Shown here in pieces: positions 24,101 to 40,359 of a DNA stretch of 64,000 nucleotides. The translations under genes and the position numbers were made by a program. Location of the stretch: NCBI RefSeq assembly GCF_011386835.1, contig NC_088807.1, forward strand, positions 20,522,001 through 20,586,000, given 5' to 3'. The stretch's first letter is position 1; every line of letters starts with the position of its first letter. This DNA is from Chrysemys picta bellii (lineage: Eukaryota). A model generated the notes under the pieces. That model had not been told where the DNA came from, ran no database searches, and worked only from the letters and a program-made list of their open reading frames with translations.

Positions 24101-24185
24101 TCCTAGCAATGGTCCGAGGTTGCCTCAGGAAGTGGACCACGTTGTTCTCCGAGAGCTCCGGCGGACTCAAGCTCACCCTCCTCAT
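17925..24185 (-). CDS. SYNGR4: Synaptogyrin-4 (MARVEL domain), complete spliced CDS, 233 aa
   Basis: complement join(24185..24090,20998..20761,19756..19620,18155..17925) = 702 nt, GT-AG introns, phases 0/1/0. MRRVSLSPPELSENNVVHFLRQPRTIARILAG-LFSLIIFASLVTDGYQN...WFVGFCFLANQW...PIPYKKSLDEG...LTFLNDN*. Lies between KDELR1 and TMEM143 as in mammals. Confidence 0.93.
18228..18630. mobile_element. Diverged MITE (PIF/Harbinger-like) in SYNGR4 intron 3
   Basis: Imperfect TIRs ggaatggcctcactgcagagttaac / gttaatctga...ctttgcagtgaagacaggccc; TAA and TGA flanks. Confidence 0.55.
19620..19756 (-). CDS. SYNGR4: SYNGR4 coding exon 3
   Basis: IWSCIWFVGFCFLANQWNR...ASISFAFFSIPCW; acceptor tttccag; donor GTAAGA. 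Confidence 0.93.
20175..20335 (+). mobile_element. MIR/CORE-SINE-like fragment
   Basis: gacctgggttcaattcc...tgcctcagtttccccatctgtaaaatg core. Confidence 0.65.
20761..20998 (-). CDS. SYNGR4: SYNGR4 coding exon 2
   Basis: LFSLIIFASLVTDGYQNLTASSQLRCVLNDNRVACSYAITAG...; donor GTAAGT. Confidence 0.93.
21085..21424 (+). mobile_element. CR1 LINE 3' fragment
   Basis: Ends TTCTTATGTTCTTATG (21409-21424); similar to the 3' end of the 49-51 kb copy. Confidence 0.88.
21567..22332 (+). mobile_element. Penelope-like retroelement 3' fragment (GIY-YIG endonuclease plus pLTR)
   Basis: ORF reads NVIYVIMCQQCPSAMYIGQTGQSLRKRINGHKSD (GIY-YIG signature), followed by a pLTR-like tail. Confidence 0.88.
22475..22957 (+). 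mobile_element. CR1 LINE 3' fragment (different subfamily)
   Basis: LEKRSLRGNL-like coding remnant and a tail ending TTCTATGATTCTGTGA. Confidence 0.82.
23490..23660 (-). mobile_element. MIR/CORE-SINE-like fragment
   Basis: atctccatttcacagatggggaaactgaggcacagag core on the minus strand. Confidence 0.65.
24090..24185 (-). CDS. SYNGR4: SYNGR4 coding exon 1
   Basis: MRRVSLSPPELSENNVVHFLRQPRTIARILAG; donor GGG|GTGAGA; FLRxPxTI motif of synaptogyrins. Confidence 0.85.
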
Positions 24186-24999
24186 CCTGCTGTCTTCTCA
24201 CCTGCCTCAGGGTGAAGATTGATCTTCAGGATGCAAGGCAACAGACAAGAGATTAGAAGTGGTGATAGACAGCAAGGAGAGGTGTCTAGTGTTCCCATTG
24301 CTAGGTGATCTTTAGTTCCCTCAGTCACACAGGAAAAAGGGCCAACGGCTGAACCCTAATAATGCTCCCCTGTCCTATTTTCAGCGGGATGCCCCTAATT
24401 TACCTCCATGGAGTTCATGTAAGCCCGGCTCATCCCTCTCCTACTTCTGACTAACCCTGCCTGGCTGCAGGGGATTTGGCAGGAGGCATTCCAGAGTACT
24501 TGGTGGAGTAAGTATGACATTCACTTTACCCTCTAAGCCCTCCCCCCCTCCCAGGTATCTGTGAGTCACAGGGATTTGACCCTGATTCTGCCCTTTGACC
24601 CCTGGCAGCCAGGTAACTCTGGTTGTGGCGGGGCTCATGGACTCTGTGCTGACCCATCCCACTATCTCAGACCATGCCAGAGTTTGCCTGAACTGGGGTT
24701 GGCAAGACCCCAGTTCTGCTGTCTGATCCTCCCCAGCCAGGGACCTCCTCCCAGGTGAGTATCCAGGAACATGGCAGGGGTGACACCACACTGACTCCCT
24801 CAGATTCCTGCTGTCCCTGACCACGGTGAGGATGGGGTTAGCGTGACCCTCTGGTGGGAATAATCTTGGCTTTTCCCTCCGGCCTCTCACGTTGCCATCA
24901 TTCCTGACAGCTGCAGGCTTGGCATGGCCCTGTCTTTGCCATCTGAGCCCCCCCTACCCTGCTGCACCCAAACAAGGCAGGGTTGGTGTGATCCCCACC

Positions 25000-26000
25000 T
25001 CTCCTTTAACTCCAATGACCTTGTTATGGCATCACCGCAGTTGTGCCCTCTGACCTGTCCCTGACTGCACCAGGGTTAGCATGATCCCAGCATTGCCTGC
25101 TACCACCCTTGATCTCCTTTGCTGCTATGACGGGGGTGAGACCCCAGCCCTGCTTCTGACCCTCTAACTTCTAGGCTCTTCCTGATCGTGGTGGGGTTGG
25201 TATAACCCTGGCTCTGCTCTCTGGCCCACCCCTGGCTGTGGGGTTAGCGTGTCTCTGGCAGAGGCAGGATTGGTGTGATCCCAGTTGTGCCCCCATCACA
25301 TCCTGCTTTCCCTCACAAACAGGTGCACCATCTGATGCAAGGAGGTTGCCATCACCCCAGCACCTGTCACATCCCAACCCAAATCTCTGACAGTAGCAGT
25401 GCTGGCATGATGCCAGCTATGCCCTATGTACCCTTTCAATTCGCAGCCCTGCTCTCTTTGATGTTAGAGGGGTTGGCGTGACCCCGGCTTTGCCCCCTAT
25501 CACCACCCAGCTCTCTCTGATATTCGGGGGATTGGCGTGACCCTGACTGTGCTCCCCTCAACTCTCTCTGACATTGGGAGGTTGGTGGGACCCCAATTGT
25601 GCCCCCCCTCAGCTCTATCTAACATTGAGGGGTTGGCGTGACCCCCGCTGTACCGCCCTCAGCTCTCTCTGACATAGGGGGGTTGTGTTGGCGTGACTTT
25701 GGCTGTACCCCCCTCAGTTCTCTCCCACTGTGGGATTGGCATGACCCTCACTGTGCCCCCCTCAGCTCTCTCTGACATAGGTGGCGTGACTTCGGCTGTG
25801 CCCCCTCTGCTCTCTCCAACATTGGGGGTTGGCATGACCCCAGCTGTGCTCCCCTCATGTCTCTCTGACACTGCAGGGTTGGCATGACCCTTGTTGTGCC
25901 CCCCTAAGCTCTCTCTGACATGGGGGGGTTGGGTTGGCATGACCTCAGCTGTTGCCCCCTCATGTCTCTCTGACACTGGGCGGTTGGCATGACCACAGTT
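25000..26000. repeat. Degenerate approx. 45-bp tandem repeat (GGGTTGGCATGACCCC...CTCAGCTCTCTCTGACAT) in SYNGR4 intron 1
   Basis: Recurrent core. Confidence 0.8.
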
Positions 26001-26085
26001 GTGGCTTCTCTATGGGGGCCGGTACTGGGGGGCTCATGGCAGGTTCCAGGGGACTCTCGCCTCAGGGACCCAGCTCCCTGCTCAC

Positions 26086-26200
26086 CTGTCCCTATCCCCA
26101 CTCAAAGTCTCTCCTCAGTCCCCTTTTCCCGCCTTTTCCCTTCAAGCGCGTCCTCGCCCCCCGCATCCCCGAGGGGAGGGGGAAGGGGAGAGAAAGAGAA
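26086..26200 (-). other. Probable non-coding first exon of SYNGR4
   Basis: Donor CAG|GTGAGC at 26085-26080, next to a CpG-rich promoter; 5' end approximate. Confidence 0.4.
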
Positions 26201-26537
26201 ACGAAGGGCTCGACGCCTGATTGGCTAGACCCTGGCCACGCCCCTATTTCGAACTCTGCCGCTGAGGCGGCGGTTGGAAACGCCCGTTGGAGTGGGTTGG
26301 GCCGAAGCCAGGGCAGAAGCAGGAGCGCGCGCCGGGTTTTCGAATCAGCCGCGCGGGCTTTCCGGGAAAGGGAGAGGGAGGGAGGGAGGGCAGAGCCGAG
26401 CGAGATTGCCGGTGCGCACGCGCAGCCTGGGAGGCAGGAAGGAAGGCACGCATGCGCACCGTGGAAAGGCACGGGCGGGGCAGAGGGAAGGGGACAGAGC
26501 GAGAGAGGAGGTTCTGGTGCGCATGCGCAGACTCTCA
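26200..26537. promoter_or_regulatory. Bidirectional CpG-rich promoter SYNGR4/TMEM143
   Basis: CCAAT box (ATTGG 26220-26224), GT/GC box CCACGCCCC, NRF1-type palindromes at 26413-26424, 26447-26458 and 26518-26529. Confidence 0.7.
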
Positions 26538-32254
<5,717 letters not shown>

Positions 32255-33436
32255 CGCCCTCTGGCTGTTTGCAGTGTGGGCACCCCCGGTCCCTTCTCCC
32301 AGCTGCACTACAGCCACTGCGGAGGGAAGGGCAGGGACAGCACCGGAGGGGGCCCTCTATCGAGCATGCAACACCTTGGGGGGGAGGAGAACTGAGCCCC
32401 CCCCCCCCGTGCACACACTCTAAGCATGTTCCTGGTGCATTCTGGGAGTCCCGCCAACTCCCATGCTTGGCATGGCCCTGCCGTTACCCAGCTACTGCCA
32501 GGGCTGGATTGCTGGGTCATTAACCCCCTCTAGGCCGCCTGGTGCCCGAGGGGTTCTGTTGGCCACCATTCAAGAAGGATGCTGGGAAATTGGCAGGGGA
32601 GCGCCGGTCCATTGACACCAATGGATCAAAGCCCATTCAGCCCAGAGGGCTCTGGCCCTATTATAGCCCCCTCCCCAGCAAGGGATTTGGACCCTGGATC
32701 CCCCTTCTCTTTGGCGGCAAGAGTGCGCCCAAAGCCCACCCGGCCGAACCCTCCCTGTTGTGTGCCCGGACCCCAGCGCTGGCTGCCGGTGGCACATGGA
32801 TTCGCACCCGGCGCCTCTCTTGGAGCGAGCGTCTGCACTGCTGCGAGAGGAGCGGGATCGGCCCGCCCGAGCCAGCGGGGCTGCATGCAGAATTCAGGCC
32901 GTGATTTCAGACCTGCCGGCGGGGTGGCAGGGGCTGCTTCGCTCGGGCTCCTCCCGCGCTTTCCTCTGCTGCCGATTTTCACAGCGCCTGGCCTCGATTT
33001 GTGTGTGAGAAAGAGACTTTCAGGCAGGAGTGGAAGAACGCTGGGCCTCCTCCCCGAACTGAAAGCACTTTAGTCGCCAGGGGTGGGGCTGCATGCAGCA
33101 CACCTCCCATTGCCTCCCATGGAGCCAGGGCCAGTTCACGCCAGGGGGGCAGCTGGCCACGTTGACTCCTAACTAGTCAGGCTCTAAGCCAGCACCTTTC
33201 CCTAGAGCCTGCTCTAACCACTAGACCCCACTCCTCTGCCGGAGCCGGGGAGAGAACCCAGGAGTTCTGGCTCCCGCCCCCCCTGCTCTGAGCATTAGAC
33301 CCCACTCCCCTGCCGGAGCGCAGGCTCCCACCCCCGCTGAGCGATGGTAAAATGTCTTAGCCCTAGGAGCCCAGCTTTATTCCCCGGCCTGAAAGCCTCT
33401 CGGCGGGGAAGGGAGTTTCTACTGTATTTGCAGTGC

Positions 33437-33442
33437 AATAAA
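33437..33442 (+). terminator. TMEM143 poly(A) signal
   Basis: First AATAAA seen downstream of the stop codon. Confidence 0.55.
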
Positions 33443-33744
33443 GAGGTTTCTTGTTTGATCCCTGATCTTCGCAGGGCATGCCAGCCTGGGGGCAAAGCCG
33501 CTGCCCCCCCCTCCCCGGCGCGTGGGTGATTTCCACCTCCATTGGGTGACCTAGAGAGTTGGTGTGGCCAGGGGGGCAACCACATGGCCCGGCCCTACCC
33601 ACAATCCCTTGCTCCTGGAGGGAATCAGTCACACGGGGGTGTTTGTGGCTCTGCCACAAATCGCTTGGCCTGGCTGTACCCACAATCCCTTGCTCCATGC
33701 ATAAGTGCTATCAAAGCCACCAGGCGGATCAATAAGGTCACTTT

Positions 33745-33750
33745 TTTATT
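33745..33750 (-). terminator. EMP3 poly(A) signal
   Basis: AATAAA on the minus strand about 950 nt after the stop codon. Confidence 0.55.
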
Positions 33751-34702
33751 GTCCAAAGGTATAAATGATGGAGCCCTGGCGCGGGGCTGCGGCTGGCACG
33801 GGGCTGGACAGAAGCCGTGTACTGAGATGCTGCCAAAGGAAGGCTCCATGGGAGCCCGGAAATCCCCACCTTGGGGAAGAAGGGGTGTCCCTCCCCTAGG
33901 ACCACCCCCCTGGTGCCTACCTCCTTTCTGTGGAGGGGAGGGTGCCACACCTGTCACGAAGGGGTGGAGCCCACATTTGTAAGCCACGTTCTGGACCAGG
34001 ATGGTGAGAGCAGATGCCCTGATGGGAGCGGGGGGGCCCTCAGTTGGGCACCAATGCCCTGGTGCCCAGCTCCACCCATCCAGAGGCCCAAGTGGGAGCA
34101 GAATGAAGCAGTGAGCCAGGGGTTGCAGCCGCAGGAAGCCGGCGCTGACTCGATCTGAGACCAGGGTGTGTGCCCATGGGGGATCTGACACCAGGGCATG
34201 TGTCTGGTGGTGGTCTGAGACCAGGGCATCTCTGCCAGGCATGGGCAAGGGGTGTGATCCCCCCCAGATTTGTATGCGTGGCACCCATATTTATAAGGCA
34301 TGGCCAGGGGAACCCCATCCCCAGCATGTTCAATGAGATGATTGGACAGTGTCACCCCAGCCGGGGGGGATCCCTTCCATGACCAGGGTTGTCCCACCCA
34401 CAACGGGCTGCGGAGAGGGGAGCAGGGGTGGCCATGGGGCCTTATCATGGAGGCAGGAGGGAGCCCTGGCCATGGGCAGGAGGAGAGCAGGTGCCCATGC
34501 AAAGGGGGCCCTGACCCTGGGGGCTCTGGCATGGGCAAGGCGAAGAGAGCTGGGTGTGACCAGGACAGGCTCCTGGCCCCCAGCAGCGTGTGACGGCCAG
34601 GCCGCCGTGGGGCAGGGGGAAGGGATCAGCCCCTGGGGGTGACTCCCCCTCCACTGGCATGGGCCATGGTCAGGAGCAGCCCCCCTGTGACAGGGGTGGG
34701 GG

Positions 34703-34872
34703 TCACTCCCTCTTGCGGAGGTGGATGTACATGACGCCGCTGAGCAGCGCCAGGGGGAAGGCCAGCCAGGCCAGCACGAAGCAGTAGCCGAAGGAGCCAC
34801 CCGGCTGCCGGTCCAGGTGAAATTTGCCCACGTGGATGGTGTAGATCAAGGCGGCTGTGAACACCGAGATAC
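34703..34872 (-). CDS. EMP3: EMP3 coding exon 4
   Basis: ISVFTAALIYTIH...YIHLRKRE*. Confidence 0.94.
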
Positions 34873-36528
34873 CTGCACCGGGGGACGGGGGACAACAGAG
34901 AGAGGAGGGGTGAGGGGCAGCTTCAGGCCAGAGCAGCCAGGCGTCTGGGTTCCCAGCCCACCCCCACTAACTGCTAGCCCCCACTCCTGCCAGAGCCAGG
35001 GATAGAACCCAGGAGTCCTGGCTCCCAGCCCACCCAACCCAACCACTAGCCCCCACTCCCTTCCCAGAGCCGGGGATAGAACCCAGGAGTCCTGGCACCC
35101 AGCCCCGCCCCCCCAACCCAATCACTAGCCCCCACTCCCCTCCCAGAGCCAGGGAGAAAAGTGGTGCTGTGATGCGGCCCTTCTGGGGCAGGGCGCGGGG
35201 GCTGGTCACATGGCGCGGGGCTGGGCACTCACAGGCCAAGAGCTGGCAGACGCCGGTGGCATAGAAGAGCCCTCCGCGCTCCATGGTGTAGAGCTGGTAC
35301 ATGAAGAGGACGAAGGCAAAGCTGGAGAAGAGCATAGCCAGGACCATGAGGGCTTGGACGGCATGGAGCCACTCTGGGGACCGAAAAACAGCCACTGGTG
35401 AGACCACAGACCCCCTCCCCCGGCGCTGGAATGCAGCCCCTCTGGGGTGGGGCACGGGGGCTGGGTATACGGGGACACGGCCCCTCTGGGGTGGGGCGTG
35501 GGGGCTGGGTATACGGGGGCACGGCCCCCCTGGGGTGGGGCATGGGGGCTGGGTATACGGGACCCCTCCACCGGCACTGGGATGTGGCCCTTCTAGGGTG
35601 GGGCGTGGGGGCTGGGTATATGGGGACATCGCCCGGCACTGGGACGCGGCCCCTCTGGGGTGGGGCACGGGGGCTGGGTATATGGGGACCCCTTGCCCAG
35701 CAGAGAGATGCGGCCCCTCTGGGGTGAGGCACAGGGGTTGGTTATCTGGGGACCCTTTGCCTGGCACAGAGATGCGGCCCTTCTGGGGTGTGGCATGGCT
35801 GGCCCAGAATATCTGGGACTGCCCCATCCCATCATCACCCCGTGGCACTCCCCTACCATCCTCCTCATGCTTACCACCCCCTTCCCGCCATTCCCTGCTC
35901 CGGGACCCCCACTCACGGCTGTCGGCAACAGAGGCGCACACCCAGCTCTGGGTGTTGTTGTCGTACAGACAGTCATACCACAGATTGACAGTCTCATCAT
36001 CCGGCAGCACCCACCACGACTGGGGGGAGAAGGGGGATTAGCACAGGACCCTGAGATGCCCTCCCCTCCCCCAGCCTGGGGTCCAGAGCGCAGGAGCTCT
36101 GGAAACCAGAACTCCTGGGTTCTCTCCCTGGCTCTGGGAGGGGAGTGGGGGCTGGTGGTTAGAGCAGGGGAGCTGGGAGCCAGGACTCCTGGGTTCTCTC
36201 CCTGGCTCTGGGAGGGGAGTGGGAGCTGGTGGTTAAAAGAGGGGAGCTGGGAGCCAGGACTCCTGGTTTCTCTGACTGGTTTTGAGAGGGAATGGGGGCT
36301 GGTGGTTAGAGCAGAGGGGGCTGGAAGCCAGGACTCCTGGGTTCTCTCCTTGGCTCTGGGGAGGGAGTGGGGGCTGGTGGTTAGAGCAGGGGAGCTGGGA
36401 GCCAGGACTCCTGGGTCCTCTGTCTGGCATTGGGAGTGGGGGCATCTCACCTTGTCCAGAGTGGCGACGAAGAGCAGCACGAGGATGAAGACGTGCAGGG
36501 CCGAGATGGCAAAGAGGAGGAAGCTCAT
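34703..36528 (-). CDS. EMP3: Epithelial membrane protein 3 (PMP22/EMP/claudin family), complete spliced CDS, 163 aa
   Basis: complement join(36528..36451,36019..35917,35373..35233,34872..34703) = 492 nt. MSFLLFAISALHVFILVLLFVATLDK-SWWVLPDDETVNLWYDC...WLHAVQALMVL...GSFGYCFVLAWLAFPLALLSGVMYIHLRKRE*. Confidence 0.96.
35233..35373 (-). CDS. EMP3: EMP3 coding exon 3
   Basis: WLHAVQALMVLAMLFSSFAFVLFMYQLYTMERGGLFYATGVCQLLA. Confidence 0.94.
35917..36019 (-). CDS. EMP3: EMP3 coding exon 2
   Basis: SWWVLPDDETVNLWYDCLYDNNTQSWVCASVADS. Confidence 0.94.
36451..36528 (-). CDS. EMP3: EMP3 coding exon 1
   Basis: CACCATG Kozak; acceptor 8 nt upstream of the ATG; donor GTGAGA. Confidence 0.94.
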
Positions 36529-37099
36529 GGTGAGTGCTGGGGGGGTCAGAGATAGGGGGTGTCAATGGGGAACCTGGCCATGCCCAAACACCTCCTGAGG
36601 CCTGGACCAGATCCTCACACCCCCTTCGTCAGGACACCCACCAGGCCTTCCCTCCCCCAACCAGCCAGGAGCCAGCCCACACCCCTGTCCCCCCAGATTC
36701 CTGGCTACCCCCCAGTCCTTCTGCACCCCACTTCCCAGTCTCCCGCTCGTCCCCACGCACTTCCCGGTTCCAATCCAAGGGGGAAGACTAACTCTGAGGC
36801 GGGAAGTTCCCAGCCCCCCTCCCACCCCGGCACCGTCCCGCCCCGAATCTCTGACTCCCCTCCCCCCCCCCATGTACACACACAAACATCCCTCTGTCCC
36901 AGCCTCCCCTAATGGGTTCCAGATGCTCCAGGATCATGTGAGCACTGGGTGTGGGGCTGGATTTCCCCACAGCCACCGTAGGACATGCCTAGCCAGCATC
37001 CCGCCCCCATCTGCACCACTGGACCCCACTCCTCTCCCAGAGCCAGGGAGAGAACCCAGAAGTCCTGGCTCCCAACCTCCCCATTTATCAGATGGCAGG

Positions 37100-37475
37100 G
37101 TGGGATACCGGGGTAGATGGGCCCGGAGGTCTGATCTGGTGGGCAGGAAGGGGGCGGGAAACTGGGGTAGATGGGCCTGGGGGTCTGATTCAGGGGGCAG
37201 AGAAGGGGCAGGATACCAGGGTAGATGTGCCTGAGGGTCTGATTCGGCAGGCAGGGAGGGGGTGGGATACCGGGGTAGATGGGCCCGGGGGTCTGTTCTG
37301 GGGGCAGGATACCAGGGTAGATGGGCCTGGGGATCTGTTCTGGGGGCAGGGAGGGGGCAGGATACCGGGGTAGATGGGCCTGGGGGTCTGATCTGAGGGA
37401 CACGGAGGGGGCGGAATACCAGGGTTCATGGGCCCGGGGGTCTAATCTGGGGGGCAGGGAGGGGGTGGGATACCA
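37100..37475. repeat. Approx. 45-bp minisatellite (GATACCGGGGTAGATGGGCCCGGGGGTCTG)
   Basis: About 8 units. Confidence 0.88.
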
Positions 37476-38029
37476 GGGCCCATCAATTTAGTACTGAATA
37501 TTTCCTCCTACTCTGGAATTCCCAATCTGTTGCTGGCCTCTCAGCTGGGGCGTGTGGGAATCCCGCCCTCTCCCTGACTCCATCGGCCTTTGGGGTTGGA
37601 TTCAGGCAAGCTCCCCCCACCTCATGTTTCTGTGCCGGTGGCTCTTTATACGGGGACCCCTTCCCCGGCGCTGAGACGCAGCCTCTCTGGGGTGGGATGC
37701 GGGGCTGGTTATATGGGGACCCCTCACCTGGCACTCAAATGCAGCTACTCTGCGGGTGGGGCGTGGGGGTTGGGTATACAGGGACCCCTCACTGGGCACT
37801 GAGATGCGGCCCCTCTGGGGTGGGGCGCGGGTACTGGGTATACGGGGACCCCCCGCCGGTGAATTGAGGCAGGCCAAAATGAATCGGTTGTGACTGTGGC
37901 AGGGTTCACCCCCCAATTTGTGGGGGAAATAGGGGATATTTACAGAGCATAGACTCAGTATTACAGCTCATTTCAAACATGCTGCATCTGTGAGCACAAC
38001 GCCCCATAGAGTCTGTGCTGACTGGGGAG

Positions 38030-39030
38030 AGCGCCCCCTTCTAAGCCGCCAGCCCCACTCCCTGCAGCCCAGCACGCCCTGCTGAGCCTCCCGTCCCGCT
38101 CCCCAGTGCCCCCTTCTAAGCCGCCAGCCCCACTCCCTGCAGCCCAGCGCGCCCTGCTGAGCCCCCCGCCCCGCTCCCCAGCGCCCCCTTCTGAGCCGCC
38201 AGCCCCACTCCCTGCAGCCCAGCACGCCGCTGAGCCCCCCGCCCCGCTCCCCAGTGCCCCCTTCAGAGCCGCCAGCCCCACTCCCTGCAGCCCAGCGCGC
38301 CCTGCTGAGCCCCCCGCCCCGCTCCCCAGCGCCCCCTTCTGAGCCGCCAGCCCCACTCCATGCAGCCCAGCACGCCCTGCTGAGCCCCCCGCCCCGCTCC
38401 CCAGTGCCCCCTTCTAAGCCGCCAGCCTGACTCCCCGCAGCCCAGCGCGCCCTGCTGATTCCCCCCACCCCGCTCCCCAGTGCCCCCTTCTAAGCCGCCA
38501 GCCCCACTCCCCGCAGCCCAGCGCGCCCTGCTGAGTCCCCCGCCCCGCTCCCCAGCGCCCCCTTCTAAGCCGCCAGCCCCACTCCCTGCAGCCCAGCGGC
38601 CCCTCCTGAGCCCCCAGCCTCCTGCCCTGCTCCCCAGCACCCACTCCTGAGCCCCCAGCCTCACTCCCTGCAGCCCAGCGCCCCCTCCTGACCCCCAGCC
38701 CCACTCCCTACAGCCCAGCCCCCCCTTCTGACCCCCAGCCCCACTCTCCGCAGCCCAGCGCGCCCTGCTGAGTCCCCCCGCCCCGCTCCCCAGTGCCCCC
38801 TTCTAAGCCGCCAGCCCCACTCCCTGCAGCCCAGCGCCCCCTCCTGAGCCCCCAGCCTCCTGCTCTGCTCCCCAGCACCCACTCCTGAGCCCCCAGCCTC
38901 CTGCCCTGCTCCCCAGCACCCACTCCTGAGCCCCCAGCCTCACTCCCTGCAGCCCAGCGCCCCCTTCTGACCCCCATCCCCACTCCCTACAGCCCAGCCC
39001 CCCCTGCTGAGCCCCCAGCCCCACTCCCTG
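38030..39030. repeat. C-rich minisatellite (GCCCCACTCCCTGCAGCCCAGC...)
   Basis: Tandem diverged units. Confidence 0.9.
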
Positions 39031-39589
39031 CAGCACGGCACCCACACAGGGGCACTGTGGGGCACTCTGAGTCACAGTAACCCCCTCAAAGGCAGCCCCA
39101 GCCCTGCCCGGCGGCACTGGTGACCGGCCTGGCTCCCAGCCCGGGGCCATTCAGCCACAAGTTAGTATTTTCTGTTCTAAATCAAGACACCATTGAAGAG
39201 ACACAAACAACTTGACCATTGATTGCAGTGGTGCTGGCCTGGGTGTGACTGGCTGCCTCACTGAACGGGCACAGGGCCTGTCCCCTCTAGGGGGCGCCGG
39301 GTCCCACCAGGCCCCAGGGCAGGGACTGGCTGGCTCAGGGGGGCAGGGAATGGGGCATGGGGCCTCTCCCCTCTAGGGGGCGTCGACTCCCCCCTGGCCC
39401 CAGGGAAGGGACTGCCTGGTTATGGGGAGCAGGGAATGGGACACGCGGCCTTTCCCCTCCAGGGGGCACCGGCTTCTACCCCATTGTGGGTGTCTGTTGG
39501 TCTCAGCCCAGCTTCTAGTGGGATGGGGGTCCACAGACACCAACTGGAGCAGAGTCCAAGGGCTGGATGGATCCGGAGACAGAGCCCTC

Positions 39590-40060
39590 CTCTGGGGCTG
39601 TGTGCGCTCAGGCGGGGTTGGGTGTACCTGGGGGGGCACTGCGTGTTCTGGGGTGGTTGGGTGGGGTGGGGAGGCACTGTGTGTGCTGGGCGAGTTGGGT
39701 ATATCTGTGGGGGGCACTGCGTGTTCTGGGGTGGTTGGGTGGGGTGGGGAGGCACTGCGTGTTCTGGGAGGGTATATCTGGGGAGGCGCTGTGTGTGCTG
39801 GGGGGGTTGGGTGTGGTGGGGAGGCACTGTGTGTGCTCAGGAGGGGTTGGATGTACCTGGGAGGGGCACTGCGGGTGCTGGGGGGTTTGGGTGGGGTGGC
39901 ATTGTGAGTGCTGTGGGAGGTATATCGGGGGGGGCGCTGCATGTTCTGGGGTCGTTGGGTGGGGTGGGGAGACACTGTGTGTGCTGGGGGGGTTGGGTAT
40001 ACCTGGGGGGGCACTGCGGGTGCTGGGGGGGTTGGGTGGGGTGAGGTCGCTGTGTGTGTT
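39590..40060. repeat. G-rich minisatellite (GGGTGGGGTGGGGAGGCACTG...)
   Basis: Tandem diverged units. Confidence 0.85.
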
Positions 40061-40359
40061 GGGGGAGGGGCTCTAGCTGTTTGTGGAGGGGCAGGGATGC
40101 TGTGGGTGGGAGGGGATACCAGGGGCCGCATAGTGCACGGGGCAAGGGGTTCAGGGGTTGTTTCTTCCCCTCTAAACCAAGAGCATGGAAAGGGGGGCAG
40201 CCAGTGCCCTGGGATCCTCCCCCCGCCCCCCCTCCCCACACAGCAGCCAGCGCAGAACTTCTACACTCCGCAAAGGAAATGTCCACATCGAGACCGATCC
40301 AGTAAGACAGACAGACAGAGACATCTCCCCTCCAGCAAGGTGTTAACGGGGCAGGGGGC

